Positions 1 through 12,100 are shown, counted from the stretch's first letter. The stretch: 64,000 nt of DNA from Octopus bimaculoides (GCF_001194135.2 NC_068995.1:17774272-17838271); one strand, 5' to 3'. Program-made: numbers and translations. Notes: generated by a model from the sequence alone, not told the origin.

Positions 1-743
1 TATATATATATATATATATTTATGTATGTATGTATGAAATATATGCTAACGTTTCACAGAATAGCAGAGTGATTCACGGGACGAGAGTTTCGGGCGTTAG
101 CGCTTATCAAACTAACACACAAAAATTTCGGTTCGTGAGTCAGTCTGTTGCTTCTGGAAAATATTAATAAAAGAATACACAAATTTTCAATTAATATATA
201 AGTAATTTCAATAAATGGTTCCTCGAAGAGTATCTGCTTCCGTCTTGTTATAAACAGTTAACAGAATGAAATAAAATGCAATAGACATAAAAGAAGACTT
301 CAGTTAAGTTTGTTATGCGAGAAGAGATGTTACAACGTTTAAAACAAAATACATTGTAAAAGGTTATATTTTATATCTAACTAAAATATGACGGGATCGT
401 GGTTTGAATAATAGATAATTGATCTCCCCCAAGAGATTGTTTGACACTGGTTATGCAACAACATCTAAACTACATAAGTGTGTGTGTGTATCGTGAGAGT
501 GTGTATATGCGTGAGTGTGTGTGTGTATATGTATGTGTGTTTGTGAGTGTATAACTGTAGTTCCTTGTATAGGAGCAATGACCATGAAGGCTAACCTTGA
601 TACCATATCTTAGAGGGGTTTGGATATGAAATTGATGACAATAATTATTTTTTAACCAGACTGGAGGTCCTTATACGGTAGATAAGATTGTATATATATA
701 TACATATGTATAACTCTCTATATGTGTGCCGAGCGTCAAAATA

Positions 744-1090
744 GGTAACACAAACAGGACAGTGAAAACAAAGAGGAAGGGTTGCTAAGCCCAAACGAGG
801 TTGTGGTGGCGAACGCATAAATCGTGATAGGACAGGAGACGAACAAGAACACATTTTATTTAATTTCTTTTCCTGGAGCAACTCTTTTATCGAAAGCGTA
901 TACTGTTGATAAATGCTCGAAATACGAGACTAGAAAAGCAGCCAACAACTGATGAAGGGTCGTTCTTTATGTTTGTTTTATTTTCCATTTGTGTCTTTCT
1001 TTGTTCTAAAGAATAGTTCATGTTCCATGCACTCATGCTTCCTACTTTTTTTGTCGTATAGGTTTCATGACGTCATGTGCCCACATCTGA
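744..1090 (+). mobile_element. Dispersed non-coding repeat, copy 1 (probable Penelope-like pseudo-LTR), carrying hammerhead core motifs
   Basis: Shares with 57182-57535: ttttatttaattt, ctcgaaat, acaactgatgaaggg, gttctttatg and the end tgacgtc.tgt.ccca.at just before (TA)n. The PLE assignment is inference. Confidence 0.6.
897..959 (+). ncRNA. Candidate non-circularly permuted hammerhead ribozyme, second copy
   Basis: CGTAT-A-cTGTTG ... CTC-GAA-ATACG ... CAACAa-CTGATGA-A-GGG. Confidence 0.5.
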
Positions 1091-1151
1091 ATATATATAT
1101 ACGTATAGATGTATGCATGCAGATATACGTATGTATATATGCATATATATA

Positions 1152-1624
1152 TACTCTTTTAATCTTTCACTTGTTTCAGTCATTTGACTGTGGACATGCT
1201 GGAGCACCACCTTTAGTCGAGTAAATCGACCCCAGGACTTATTCTTTGGATGCCTAGTACTTATTCTATCGGTCTCTTTTTGCCGAACCGCTAAGTTACG
1301 GGGACGTAAACTCACCACCATCGGTTGTCTAGCGATGTTNNNNNNNNNNTTTTGCCGAACCGCTAAGTTACGGGGACGTAAACTCACCACCATCGGTTGT
1401 CTAGCGATGTTGGGGGGACAAACACAGACACACATACACACATATATATACATATATACGACAGGTTTCTTTCAGTTTCCGTCTACTAAATCCACTCACA
1501 AGGCTTTGGTGGGCCCGAGGCAAAAAGTAGAAGACAGTCGCCCAAGGTGCCACGCAGTGGGAATTGAACCCGGAACCATGTGGTTGGTAAGCAAGCTACT
1601 TACCACACAGCCACTCCTGCGTCT
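1152..1624 (-). mobile_element. tRNA-derived SINE family A, near full length
   Basis: Minus strand has an A-box-like tggctgtgtgg and a B-box gggttcaattccc, then a conserved body, central (TA)/(TG) linker and 3' tail gactgaaacaagtgaaaga. Homologous to many other copies in the window. Confidence 0.9.
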
Positions 1625-1682
1625 ATGTATGTATATATATATATTATATGACTGAACGCCACGCTTCCTCTTCCAAGTAAGT

Positions 1683-1772
1683 TTATCTGTCTATCTGTCT
1701 ATCTATCTATCTATTTATCTGTCTCTCTGTATGCCTGTCTATCTATCTATCTATCTATATATATATATATAT
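1683..1772. repeat. (TATC)n/(TGTC)n/(TA)n microsatellite
   Basis: Read directly. Confidence 0.9.
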
Positions 1773-2044
1773 AATACATTTCTAAATCTCTGAGAGAGAT
1801 TTGTGTAGTAGTTATGCGATAAAGTGGTTCTATGCTGTCAACTTAATGTGACAGTCCCATGAAGGTAATAATACTACTGCTATTTAGCACTAGGAAGTAG
1901 CACCGCTTCAAGTCGGCCTTGACACGTATCCTGTGTNNNNNNNNNNGCTTCAAGTCGGCCTTGACACGTATCCTGTGTCCTTATCTATACAAGGGTGAGA
2001 CAAGCAGCTGCATCCAGAGACATGTGTCTGAGTCTTTGCTCGCT

Positions 2045-2179
2045 TTCTCTTGCCGAACCGTTAATTTACAGGGACGTAAACACACCACCATCGGTAGTCA
2101 AGCGAAGTTTGGGGACAAACACAAACACACAAACATATACATACATATATATATACGACGGGCTTCTTTCAGTTTCCGT
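2045..2179 (-). mobile_element. SINE family A internal fragment
   Basis: tgccgaaccg...gggacgtaaacacaccaccatcgg...cgacgggcttctttcagtttccgt matches 1279-1480. Confidence 0.85.
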
Positions 2180-2316
2180 GTACCAATTTATTTGACCCAA
2201 AAAGGATGAAAGGCAAAGTCGACCTCGGCGGAATCTGAACTCAGAACGTAACGGCAGAGGAAATACCACTAAGCATTTCGCCCGGCGCTCTAACGATTCT
2301 GCCAGCTCACCGCCCT
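2180..2316 (-). mobile_element. SINE family B (Nin/Deu-domain type), 5' portion
   Basis: Reverse complement of ggcggtgagctggcagaatcgttag...ttctgagttcagattccgccgaggtcgactttgcctttcatcctt; homologous to 4097-4240. Confidence 0.88.
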
Positions 2317-3478
2317 ATCTTCCAGCTCATTATTAATAGTGAAGGAAAGAAACTGGGGAAAAGGTGAAGTTAAGTATCCTTCAAATAAAAAAAAATCATA
2401 ACCTAAGTTCTATAAGCTCATAATAACCCTGAAGAGGTAGTACCCATATATAGTTAAAAAATGACATCTTTGTTTGCATTTAACCAAATGCTTTAATTTT
2501 CTATTGAAGTAGGAGATAGTAATGAAACATATAATTAGGTTTTNNNNNNNNNNNNNNNNNNNNNNNNNNNNNNNNNNNNNNNNNNNNNNNNNNNNNNNNN
2601 NNNNNNNNNNNNNNNNNNNNNNNNNNNNNNNNNNNNNNNNNNNNNNNNNNNNNNNNNNNNNNNNNNNNNNNNNNNNNNNNNNNNNNNNNNNNNNNNNNNN
2701 NNNNNNNNNNNNNNNNNNNNNNNNNNNNNNNNNNNNNNNNNNNNNNNNNNNNNNNNNNNNNNNNNNNNNNNNNNNNNNNNNNNNNNNNNNNNNNNNNNNN
2801 NNNNNNNNNNNNNNNNNNNNNNNNNNNNNNNNNNNNNNNNNNNNNNNNNNNNNNNNNNNNNNNNNNNNNNNNNNNNNNNNNNNNNNNNNNNNNNNNNNNN
2901 NNNNNNNNNNNNNNNNNNNNNNNNNNNNNNNNNNNNNNNNNNNNNNNNNNNNNNNNNNNNNNNNNNNNNNNNNNNNNNNNNNNNNNNNNNNNNNNNNNNN
3001 NNNNNNNNNNNNNNNNNNNNNNNNNNNNNNNNNNNNNNNNNNNNNNNNNNNNNNNNNNNNNNNNNNNNNNNNNNNNNNNNNNNNNNNNNNNNNNNNNNNN
3101 NNNNNNNNNNNNNNNNNNNNNNNNNNNNNNNNNNNNNNNNNNNNNNNNNNNNNNNNNNNNNNNNNNNNNNNNNNNNNNNNNNNNNNNNNNNNNNNNNNNN
3201 NNNNNNNNNNNNNNNNNNNNNNNNNNNNNNNNNNNNNNNNNNNNNNNNNNNNNNNNNNNNNNNNNNNNNNNNNNNNNNNNNNNNNNNNNNNNNNNNNNNN
3301 NNNNNNNNNNNNNNNNNNNNNNNNNNNNNNNNNNNNNNNNNNNNNNNNNNNNNNNNNNNNNNNNNNNNNNNNNNNNNNNNNNNNNNNNNNNNNNNNNNNN
3401 NNNNNNNNNNNNNNNNNNNNNNNNNNNNNNNNNNNNNNNNNNNNNNNNNNNNNNNNNNNNNNNNNNNNNNNNNNNNNN

Positions 3479-3479
3479 A

Positions 3480-3512
<33 letters not shown>

Positions 3513-3602
3513 TTGTGTGTGTGTGTGTGAGTGTGTGTGTGTGTGTGTGCGTGTGTCTGTGTCTGTCTGTGTGTCTGTGTGTCTCTGTCTGTGTGTGTGC
3601 GT
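3479..3602. repeat. (TA)n/(TG)n compound microsatellite
   Basis: Read directly. Confidence 0.9.
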
Positions 3603-3636
3603 GTTGCCGCTGTAGGTCGATAAGTAAATAATTTTC

Positions 3637-4041
3637 AAGGCGAAGAAGAGGCTCCACAGTAAGTCGTTTGTTTCACAACCACATGGTTCCCGGTTCAGTC
3701 TCACTGTGTGGCACCTTAGGCAAGTGTCTTCTACTATAGCCCCGGACCAACCAAAGCGACGTAAGTGGATTTGGTAGACGGAAATTGAAAGAAGCCCGTC
3801 GTATATATATATGTGTGCGTGTATATATATGTGTGTCTCTATTTGTCGCCCCACTATCGCTTTACAACCGATGCTGGTGTGTTTACATTTCCGTAACTTA
3901 GTGCTTTGGCAAAAGATCCCGATAGAACAAGTACTAGGCTTACAAATAATAAGTCAAGGTCGATTTGTTCGACTAAAGGCGGTGCCCCAGCATGGCCGCA
4001 ATCAAAGTACGAAACAAGCAAAAGAATAAAAGAATGAAAGA
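3637..4041 (+). mobile_element. SINE family A, full length with degenerate head
   Basis: aaccacatggttcccggttcagtctcactgtgtggcaccttaggcaagtgtcttctactatagcc...ggcggtgccccagcatggccgc...(aaagaat)n tail. Confidence 0.9.
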
Positions 4042-4095
4042 ATTTATTAAACTAACGCCGTTCGAATGCTGAAACGGTCAATATTATAGTTATGT

Positions 4096-4313
4096 TAAGG
4101 CGGCGAAGCTGGCAGAAACGTTAGCACGCCGTCGCGAAATGTATAGCGGTATTTCGTCTGTTTTTACGTTCTAAGTTCAAATTCCGCCGAGGTCGACTTT
4201 GCCTTTCATCCTTTCAGGGTCGATAAATTGAGTACCAGTTGCGTACTGATGTCGATCTAATCAACTGGCACCCTCCCCCAAAATTTCGGGCGTTGTGCCT
4301 AGAGTACAAAAAA
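4096..4313 (+). mobile_element. SINE family B, full length, with 11-bp TSD
   Basis: Head aaggcggcgaagctggcagaaacgttag, B-box gttcaaattcc, Nin-like core gactttgcctttcatcctttcagggtcgataaattgagtacc. Flanked by TATAGTTATGT at 4085-4095 and 4314-4324. Confidence 0.92.
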
Positions 4314-5076
4314 TATAGTTATGTGAGCCAAACTTCAAAATAGCTCCTCTTTAATTAAAATGTAAATTCTATGATTGTTTTTTTCATCCCAGGTGTTATC
4401 ATCGATGTTTTCGACAGATTGTCCTCAACAGTGTATATACTAAAATCGGAACGTTACAGCGGACATAGAGAGAGAGATAACTGTCCTGGATTTACACTAT
4501 ATTTTTTATTTATTTTCAGTATCCAGCTTTAGATATATAAAATATATATCTAAATATATAAGAAATTATAGATGAAATAGCATTCAAAGATTATGTCCTC
4601 CGCATTCATACATATCTTTTATTCACAATGTGTCAACCAAATAAATATTTATGAAGTACTAATCTATAAATGGAGAAGCATATTTACTCAAAATTTCTGT
4701 CTGAGTCTAACAGTTGTGCATAATTAGTATCGCTGTAGAAACACTTTAAATTGATATGTGTTGTAAATCCTGGGATATTAGGAAATGTATTGTGTAGTCT
4801 CATATTTAAATCACAATTCATTGAAACGTTTACATCCATACACTTTCAAAGAAATGTATACCAGTTATACAATCGGATGATGTCAATCGAACATTATCTT
4901 ACAATGCCTTAACACGTTTTTTCTGCTCAGTAAAAACTGCATGTAATATAGTATTTCACTAATGTAATTTTATGACTGAACTTTCTTTCAATCGTCTCAC
5001 ACATACATACTAGGACTAAATATATACTGTTCGTTTATGTGTGTAGCTATATCAATGTGCGATACGTGTGTGTGAT

Positions 5077-5123
<47 letters not shown>

Positions 5124-6592
5124 AGGAAGATAGATAAATAAATAGACATGTGCATATGGTAAGTATTTTTGCATGTGTGCACCCACACCCACACACACAT
5201 ACATACGGTCTCCTTTGAAAATACATGGTATTGTGATTACGTAGATAATTCAGTATCAATTTAATATTCATGATGTGTGTTACCATGTTATTTTGCGGCG
5301 TTGTCCATGAAAAGAATAGAAGGTTGTATTACATGTAATATTTCTTCTTCATACAATGAACATTTGGAACTAATGTTAAAATATCATTGAATTATGTATG
5401 AGTTATGAATTCTTTTTTTGATACAAACTCTGAGCTGGTATAAAAAATACAGGATTTCCTACATAAATATTCTATTATAAATATATACCATATGCCTTAT
5501 GAGTAAAACTTATACTGCAAGCAATTGTTGTTAATGTAAGTTAGAAAATATTAAAGGAATTGAAATAATAAAATTACATATATGAAATGAAAGGTAGAAA
5601 TGTTCTATTTTTATGCTTTCAATATAAAATACTTTCCTATGCATATCTATAATTCCGAGAATTTGGTGCACTTTTATAGATTCAGACGTACGGTCTATAT
5701 CTCGTATAAAATTATTTGAAATAAATGCACTTATCTTATTTCAAATAAGTTTATTTATATACAGACTAGATAAGAAATATAACATATCGGAAAGATTTAT
5801 CAATAAAACAAAAATCAATTAAATTATTGAAAAAAAAAAAAATCTCGATAACCTATATTTAAAATGAAATAAATGCTTTTAAATAGAATCTAAATTTATA
5901 GAAATTCAAAATTGAGTTTACTATGTTATAACCTTTTGTAGAAAAAAAAAATTACCTGAAAAAACTTTACTCCGAGTAAACTGGCACAATGTATTCTCTA
6001 TGTCACGTTTTCTTTTCCCTATTTGCCATTTCTACAGCAGCCAATTCTTAAATATATTGAAAATAAATGCAATGAATTGGTGTGTTATACATTTGTGTAT
6101 TTTTCTCTTTTTTCTCCTTATTTCAAATCGAAAACTAATATTATTAGACAGAATAAAAAGATAAATAATATTATTTATTATTATTCATTCATTACATTTT
6201 AAATTTAAAACTGTCTGTTTATATAGTTAGCTTTCTAAAGTTTTCTCTTCATTGTCATATATACGTTGATGCCATACGTACAATCCTCTGTAAGAAACGT
6301 TCGTATATATATNNNNNNNNNNNNNNNNNNNNNNNNNNNNNNNNNNNNNNNNNNNNNNNNNNNNNNNNNNNNNNNNNNNNNNNNNNNNNNNNNNNNNNNN
6401 NNNNNNNNNNNNNNNNNNNNNNNNNNNNNNNNNNNNNNNNNNNNNNNNNNNNNNNNNNNNNNNNNNNNNNNNNNNNNNNNNNNNNNNNNNNNNNNNNNNN
6501 NNNNNNNNNNNNNNNNNNNNNNNNNNNNNNNNNNNNNNNNNNNNNNNNNNNNNNNNNNNNNNNNNNNNNNNNNNNNNNNNNNNNNNNNNNNA

Positions 6593-6653
<61 letters not shown>

Positions 6654-7180
6654 GTGTGTGAGTGTGTCTCTATATACGCCCGCGCACGCGCACACACAGA
6701 TACACATAGCGTGTAACTAAAAGAAGTTCAACATTTTTAACTTAAGCGGGGAGTAATTTTATTCTGGATCTCTATGCATGAGAAATGAAAATATATGGAG
6801 GCCGATGTGTCCACACTCAGGACGGAAGCCTGTTTTCTGGTTATGTTTATATGCAACGCTACACTGGTTGCATTTTCTTGAGATTTTGCCCACAAAGAGA
6901 TCCCTACGTTCCAACATACCATGCCCACTTCCCTTGTATTTATGTATATTTTATATTGAATTTAAATTGTTCTATAAATATATACTTATTTATATACGTA
7001 TGCACAAATGTTCATTAAAAATATTTTCTGGTTATTTTTCATCTCTCTACACATGCACGAACATAGAATTACACGTGTATATATATGTAATTATTTTTTT
7101 ATATATCAAGACCAAGCGCGTTTATTTGCATCACTATCTCACCTTCTCCCTCTTTCTCTCTGTATTTGTCTCTGTTTGCC

Positions 7181-7181
<1 letters not shown>

Positions 7182-7277
<96 letters not shown>
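7182..7277. repeat. (TGTC)n(TC)n(TA)n compound microsatellite
   Basis: Read directly. Confidence 0.9.
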
Positions 7278-7279
<2 letters not shown>

Positions 7280-7725
7280 TCGGTAAATTCCACCACGGTA
7301 AATTACACCCATGGATAGNNNNNNNNNNNNNNNNNNNNNNNNNNNNNNNNNNNNNNNNNNNNNNNNNNNNNNNNNNNNNNNNNNNNNNNNNNNNNNNNNN
7401 NNNNNNNNNNNNNNNNNNNNNNNNNNNNNNNNNNNNNNNNNNNNNNNNNNNNNNNNNNNNNNNNNNNNNNNNNNNNNNNNNNNNNNNNNNNNNNNNNNCT
7501 TTATAATCTACTTGAATTGAGATGGGATCACTTTAATGTACTCCCCTTGATCAAGAATCTATGAAAAAGACTCCTCACAAAATTTTAAAATAATACAATT
7601 TGGGATAAAGAAGTAAAATATTAAATTTTAGCACACATTTTATTATAATAATAGGATAAAAATACGAGCGAGTACATTGCGCAACAGGTTTAGTATAGGC
7701 AAGTTCAATTTATTTAAAAAAATTC

Positions 7726-8553
7726 TTAAGGCAAATTGTGTGCAATACTTCTTAAAAATTGCAGAAGGCTTTCATTCTGATATTCCTGAACTAGCTTCTT
7801 CAGACGTGCATCAATAATTTGATAGCATTTTCTTAGTCATCAGGGCGAATGTGTGCAATATTTGTCTGGCTTAAACCTTCCTCAGCTTTAATAGGCAGTG
7901 CATAGTTTCCATCACTTTGGATGTGTGGATGTTACTGATGAGCGCAAAGCATTGTGGAAACCTTCTAAATTTTGGCAAGTCTTTTAAGATGTGTTCACGT
8001 ACATTTCAGAGTTTTATAGGAACATGTGGAATAGACTCAGAAGGGATGCATTCATCGTCAGACAAATCTTCAAGTACATTTACAATGTCTTCAGTTGGAA
8101 AAATCCTAAAACACAAAAGCACTTAGTTTTAAGCTTTAAAATTTCACATGTGTTTTAACTGATACTCTCACCAATTGCACATATCTTCCGCCAACAAGAC
8201 TGTCCGAGATGAGCAAAACACCCGACTGCTTCTGAATACGGAAAGAGAGAAACAAAGGCATTCCGGAGAGCTATTTCAAAGTCCATGAGATAGGTTACGG
8301 TCGACAATTTGATCTTAAATCACGCATAGAACACAGACGATGATATGAGGTCTCTTTTTTGTAGGGAAGTAAGGCAAATAGTCAAGACACACACGGACTT
8401 CCGGTGATGATATGTGGTGTCACTAACTGACTCTATAAACTAGGAGATACCTTAAAAGTTCCAACACAAGCCCAATTCTTAAACCTTTCTAGATCAGCCA
8501 AGCCTTTTACTAGGGAAAAAACTGTCAAAGACCAAAAACAAGGATCCATCTTC
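7726..8553 (-). pseudogene. Decayed Mutator/MULE transposase
   Basis: Manual minus-strand translation with stops and frameshifts: EDGSLFLVFDS / GLADLERFKNWAC(V)GTFKVSPSL*SQL / LFALLPYKKETSYHRL / MDFEIALRNAFVSLFPYSEAVGCFAHLGQSCWRKI / LEGFHNALRSSVTSTHPK*WKL / IDARLKKLVQEYQNESLLQFLRSIAHNLP*. These match the MULE DGTF, DFE..A..FP...C.FH and NN..E..H motifs. Confidence 0.82.
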
Positions 8554-8750
8554 TATTAGTTCTGTACGCTGGTAGCGCAGGACTTGGAATTGTCCATCTT
8601 TAAACTGCATATTATTATCCTCAGCCCATCTGTAAATTGAATCCATCTCCTGCTGCAGATGAGCAACATCGCTGGGGTTCTGTGTTTTCTGCGAGACTGT
8701 TGTATCGTCTGCGTCGCTAGCAAGGCTTGCTATCCGAGCAGTTGAGAGCA
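8554..8750 (-). mobile_element. LINE reverse-transcriptase fragment (CR1/Jockey-like)
   Basis: Translation ARIASLAS(D)ADDTTVSQKTQNPSDVAHLQQEMDSIYRWAEDNNMQF..GQFQVLRY: a YADD motif (Y mutated to D) followed by LQ.ELD.I..WA..N.M.FN..KF. Confidence 0.75.
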
Positions 8751-10554
8751 AATTAAGGTGGCTAGACGCAAATAAAAGCGAAAAAATGAAATAATTCACC
8801 ATCACTAAAAGCGATGAATGGTGCAGGGAACACCAGCATCGGTAGAAATAAGAATCATAGACTATTTAACCACATAAAGAACATATGCTTTATGTAGCTA
8901 ATGAGTCTATGTCTCTTATTTCTAGCAATGCTGGTGCTCCCTTCACCCTTGGTGACATTTAGTGACCGAGACTGATATATTTTGATATATGATAAACTTT
9001 CTTTTTTCTCTTGTCTATTAAATTTATCCAGAAGGAATTGTCTATTGACTAAAATATCCTCGACTCCGATTTGTTTCACGAGTTAGAAATAATTTTACGA
9101 GCCTTTATTTAATAAGCATTCATTATTGTTCTATGGTACTCATAGCATTTTCCTTAATTAACGACACCCTCATTTATTTCTGTATAGAACGAAAGGAGGT
9201 TGACACATGATAATCCCATAAATGATAAAACACAAGTGCACGCGAAAATTTGGGAGGAAGCACACATGTATATAATCTACGGAATTGCGTATATCATCGT
9301 AATGTATGTGTATAAAAGGTTAGCGTTTAAAATGATTTTCATGTTGCCTGCATACACTCAGAGGAATGCCTGGTGAAGTTCATGAAAGTCCAGTTCTTCA
9401 GTCAGTTGTGTTCCAAGAGACCCGATGTCTCGTCAATCTCTGTCATCGAAGAGAGTCTAAATGCTTTATATACTTAACGCCGAATGCAAATTAACGCTTC
9501 ACCTGTAACATGGTGTCTAAGTACACCTGTCTTCTGCACACAGATATGGACAAATACACACACACAAATACATATATATGCAGGGAAACACGCGTACATA
9601 CATATATGTTCATATTATATGAGTTGGTTCTTTCACACACACGCGCGCGTTTCTGCATACCTTCATAATCACATATCAGCACACATATTCATTTGATATA
9701 AGTTATAACTTCCACCATTCAGTATTTAAAATTCAACCCCATGAAGAAAAGAAAAATAAGGCGCCCTTGGAACAAACAGATTTTGTTGCTGCAGCGATTC
9801 ATAGTCGCTCCCTTGTAACAGTAGTCGAGATTCACTGTATCATTTGTCCACCAATGGGAAGTATTTATCGAACGGCGTTAATGCTGAGTATTTGCGATAT
9901 AAAATACTTAAATTCCAAAAAGTATTCGAAGTCAAAAGAAAATTCACTTCCCTTGAATCTACATTAAAGTCTTGTCATAGAGCCCATAGTACCATAGGTG
10001 TTTGTTAGACGACTTTAAATTTATGTATCTCTAGGAGGACAAACGGCCGGAAATTCAAATAACTCAATTGTCGTTGGGGAGTATGAAACAGAAAAAAAGT
10101 CAAGAAGGAAGAAGTCTTTCACATTATTCATTGATATTACAATGCTTCCCCTATTTCTACCGTTGAATAAGTACTATAATATTCTTGCCACTTTACTGGT
10201 TACTAGATTGAACATCTATGAAAGAAGAATACTGCCTTGTGACGTAATCAACTAGTTCTGGATACAAAGTTGAATATTTCAATGTTGTCTATAGTTTCGG
10301 CGACCAATTGGTGGCAATATAGTTAATAGTTTTATGTATAAAATTATTTGTACCATTACTTACATTATCTTCGGCTTCATCTGCATTCCTGCATTGTTAT
10401 TTGTATATCTGTGCAGAATTCTCTGAATAAAGGAGATTTAAAATAATTTAATATGCATGTGTAGCTATGTGCCTCTATACGTGTCTGAATTTAATAGTGC
10501 CACTGTGAAGAGTGTGTGAGTATGTGTATGATGTGTGTGTGAATGTGAGTTTGT

Positions 10555-10570
10555 GCGTGTGTGTGTGTAT

Positions 10571-10621
<51 letters not shown>

Positions 10622-10625
10622 TATG
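10555..10625. repeat. (TG)n microsatellite
   Basis: Read directly. Confidence 0.95.
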
Positions 10626-10659
10626 TGAAGCTACTGTACTAATTTTATTTGCTCCACAG

Positions 10660-10680
10660 TTCCGATATAACGCAGTGTCA
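10660..10680 (+). CDS. Candidate 21-nt microexon of an unidentified host gene
   Basis: tactaat branch-like motif, ttttatttgctccacAG acceptor, 21 nt (FRYNAVS or xSDITQCx), GTAAGT donor. Splice signals only, no homology evidence. Confidence 0.25.
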
Positions 10681-11662
10681 GTAAGTGCTGGGAGGCCATG
10701 CCTATTGTTGCACACATTTAGACTCCTATCTGATGAAAAGTTTCCTCCACCTGCAGACATTTGACAGTTTCCCGCTGTGCAATACGGACGTGATTGTCAG
10801 CTTTATGTCTTGAATTCATCAATACTCGGTTGTAACCACAGCAAGAAAATGAATATAGCTGTTTTCAGAATGGACAATGTTCCTTATTAGATAATATTGA
10901 TAAATAGCACTCTTCTCGTTCATCTCCTTTCTACTTGCTTGTCTTTAAGTATTCTGAGAACGTGATACTCAACAATTCATTCAGCCAACACAGTATCAAA
11001 ACAGTTATTAAAATTCTAAGATGGGTTTGCTAAAATGATAAAACAAATGTAAAAAATAATATTAAACAAAAAATAAATAAAATAAAGGCAGACAATTCAT
11101 TATCAGGTTTCAATTTAGAGTGACATGGCACTAATTTTGACAGCTTTATAACAGTATTATATGTCTGTATTTCTCTTAATTACGTCTCAGTGTTCCAGAA
11201 AAAAATATATTGGCTTGTTTAGCAATAATATTTACGAGAAGACATCATTTGATTGTATAGGTGTGTGTTTGAGTGTATGCGTGTATGTGTGTATGCGTGT
11301 ATGTGTATGCGTGTGTGTGTATGTGAGTAGTACGTTTACAATGCAAGGATTATATTGTTCGCAAACAATATAGTAATACCTTTTAGCTAGTTGTTTTTGT
11401 ATGTTATATGTTTTATATTTACTTTAAACGCATGTTTCTTCGCATTCTATTTCTCTCATTTTTTTTTTACTCTTCTCGTTTCTTTGCAAATAAACAAGAA
11501 AAAATGAATGGAGGAAGTAAATAGAAAAATAAGAGTAACATAAAGCGCGAAGGACGTATTGTGACTATTAAGGCATGAAGCTTATATGATTTCACAGGTT
11601 TTCATATTTCGACATTACACTCTAAATAGTTTCGGCACCAGATTTATTTCTAGTTAACATAC

Positions 11663-11761
11663 TGACACACACACGCGCACGCACACGCGCACGCACACGC
11701 GCACGCTCACACGCGCACACACACACTGCTATAGATATCTTATATATAAGTATATATGTAC

Positions 11762-11811
<50 letters not shown>

Positions 11812-11838
11812 ATGTATATACATATACGTATATATATA
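11663..11838. repeat. (CA)/(CG)/(TA)/(TG) compound microsatellite
   Basis: Read directly. Confidence 0.9.
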
Positions 11839-11930
11839 NNNNNNNNNNNNNNNNNNNNNNNNNNNNNNNNNNNNNNNNNNNNNNNNNNNNNNNNNNNNNN
11901 NNNNNNNNNNNNNNNNNNNNNNNNNNNNNN

Positions 11931-11966
<36 letters not shown>

Positions 11967-11968
<2 letters not shown>

Positions 11969-12100
11969 TGATACTTATTTTATCAACCCCGAAAGGATTA
12001 AAGATCGAGTCGACTTCAGGGGAACTTGAACTTAGAACGTAAAGACGGAAAATTTGCCGCATTTTTCCCGGTATGCTAACGATTCTGCCAGCTCGCGGTC
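11967..12100 (-). mobile_element. SINE family B, degenerate
   Basis: atacttattttatcaaccccgaaagg...gtcgacttc...tgaacttagaacgtaa...gctaacgattctgccagctc. Confidence 0.85.

Noticed and set aside
1278-1411. Exact ~60-bp direct repeat inside a SINE
   Set aside because: The two copies flank a 10-N gap; this is an unmerged contig-overlap artefact.
1905-1978. Exact 32-bp direct repeat
   Set aside because: Also straddles a 10-N gap; assembly artefact.
6038-6079. Strong acceptor followed by a 42-nt open frame QPILKYIENKCNEL
   Set aside because: The donor (GTGTGT) is weak and there is no homology; expected by chance.
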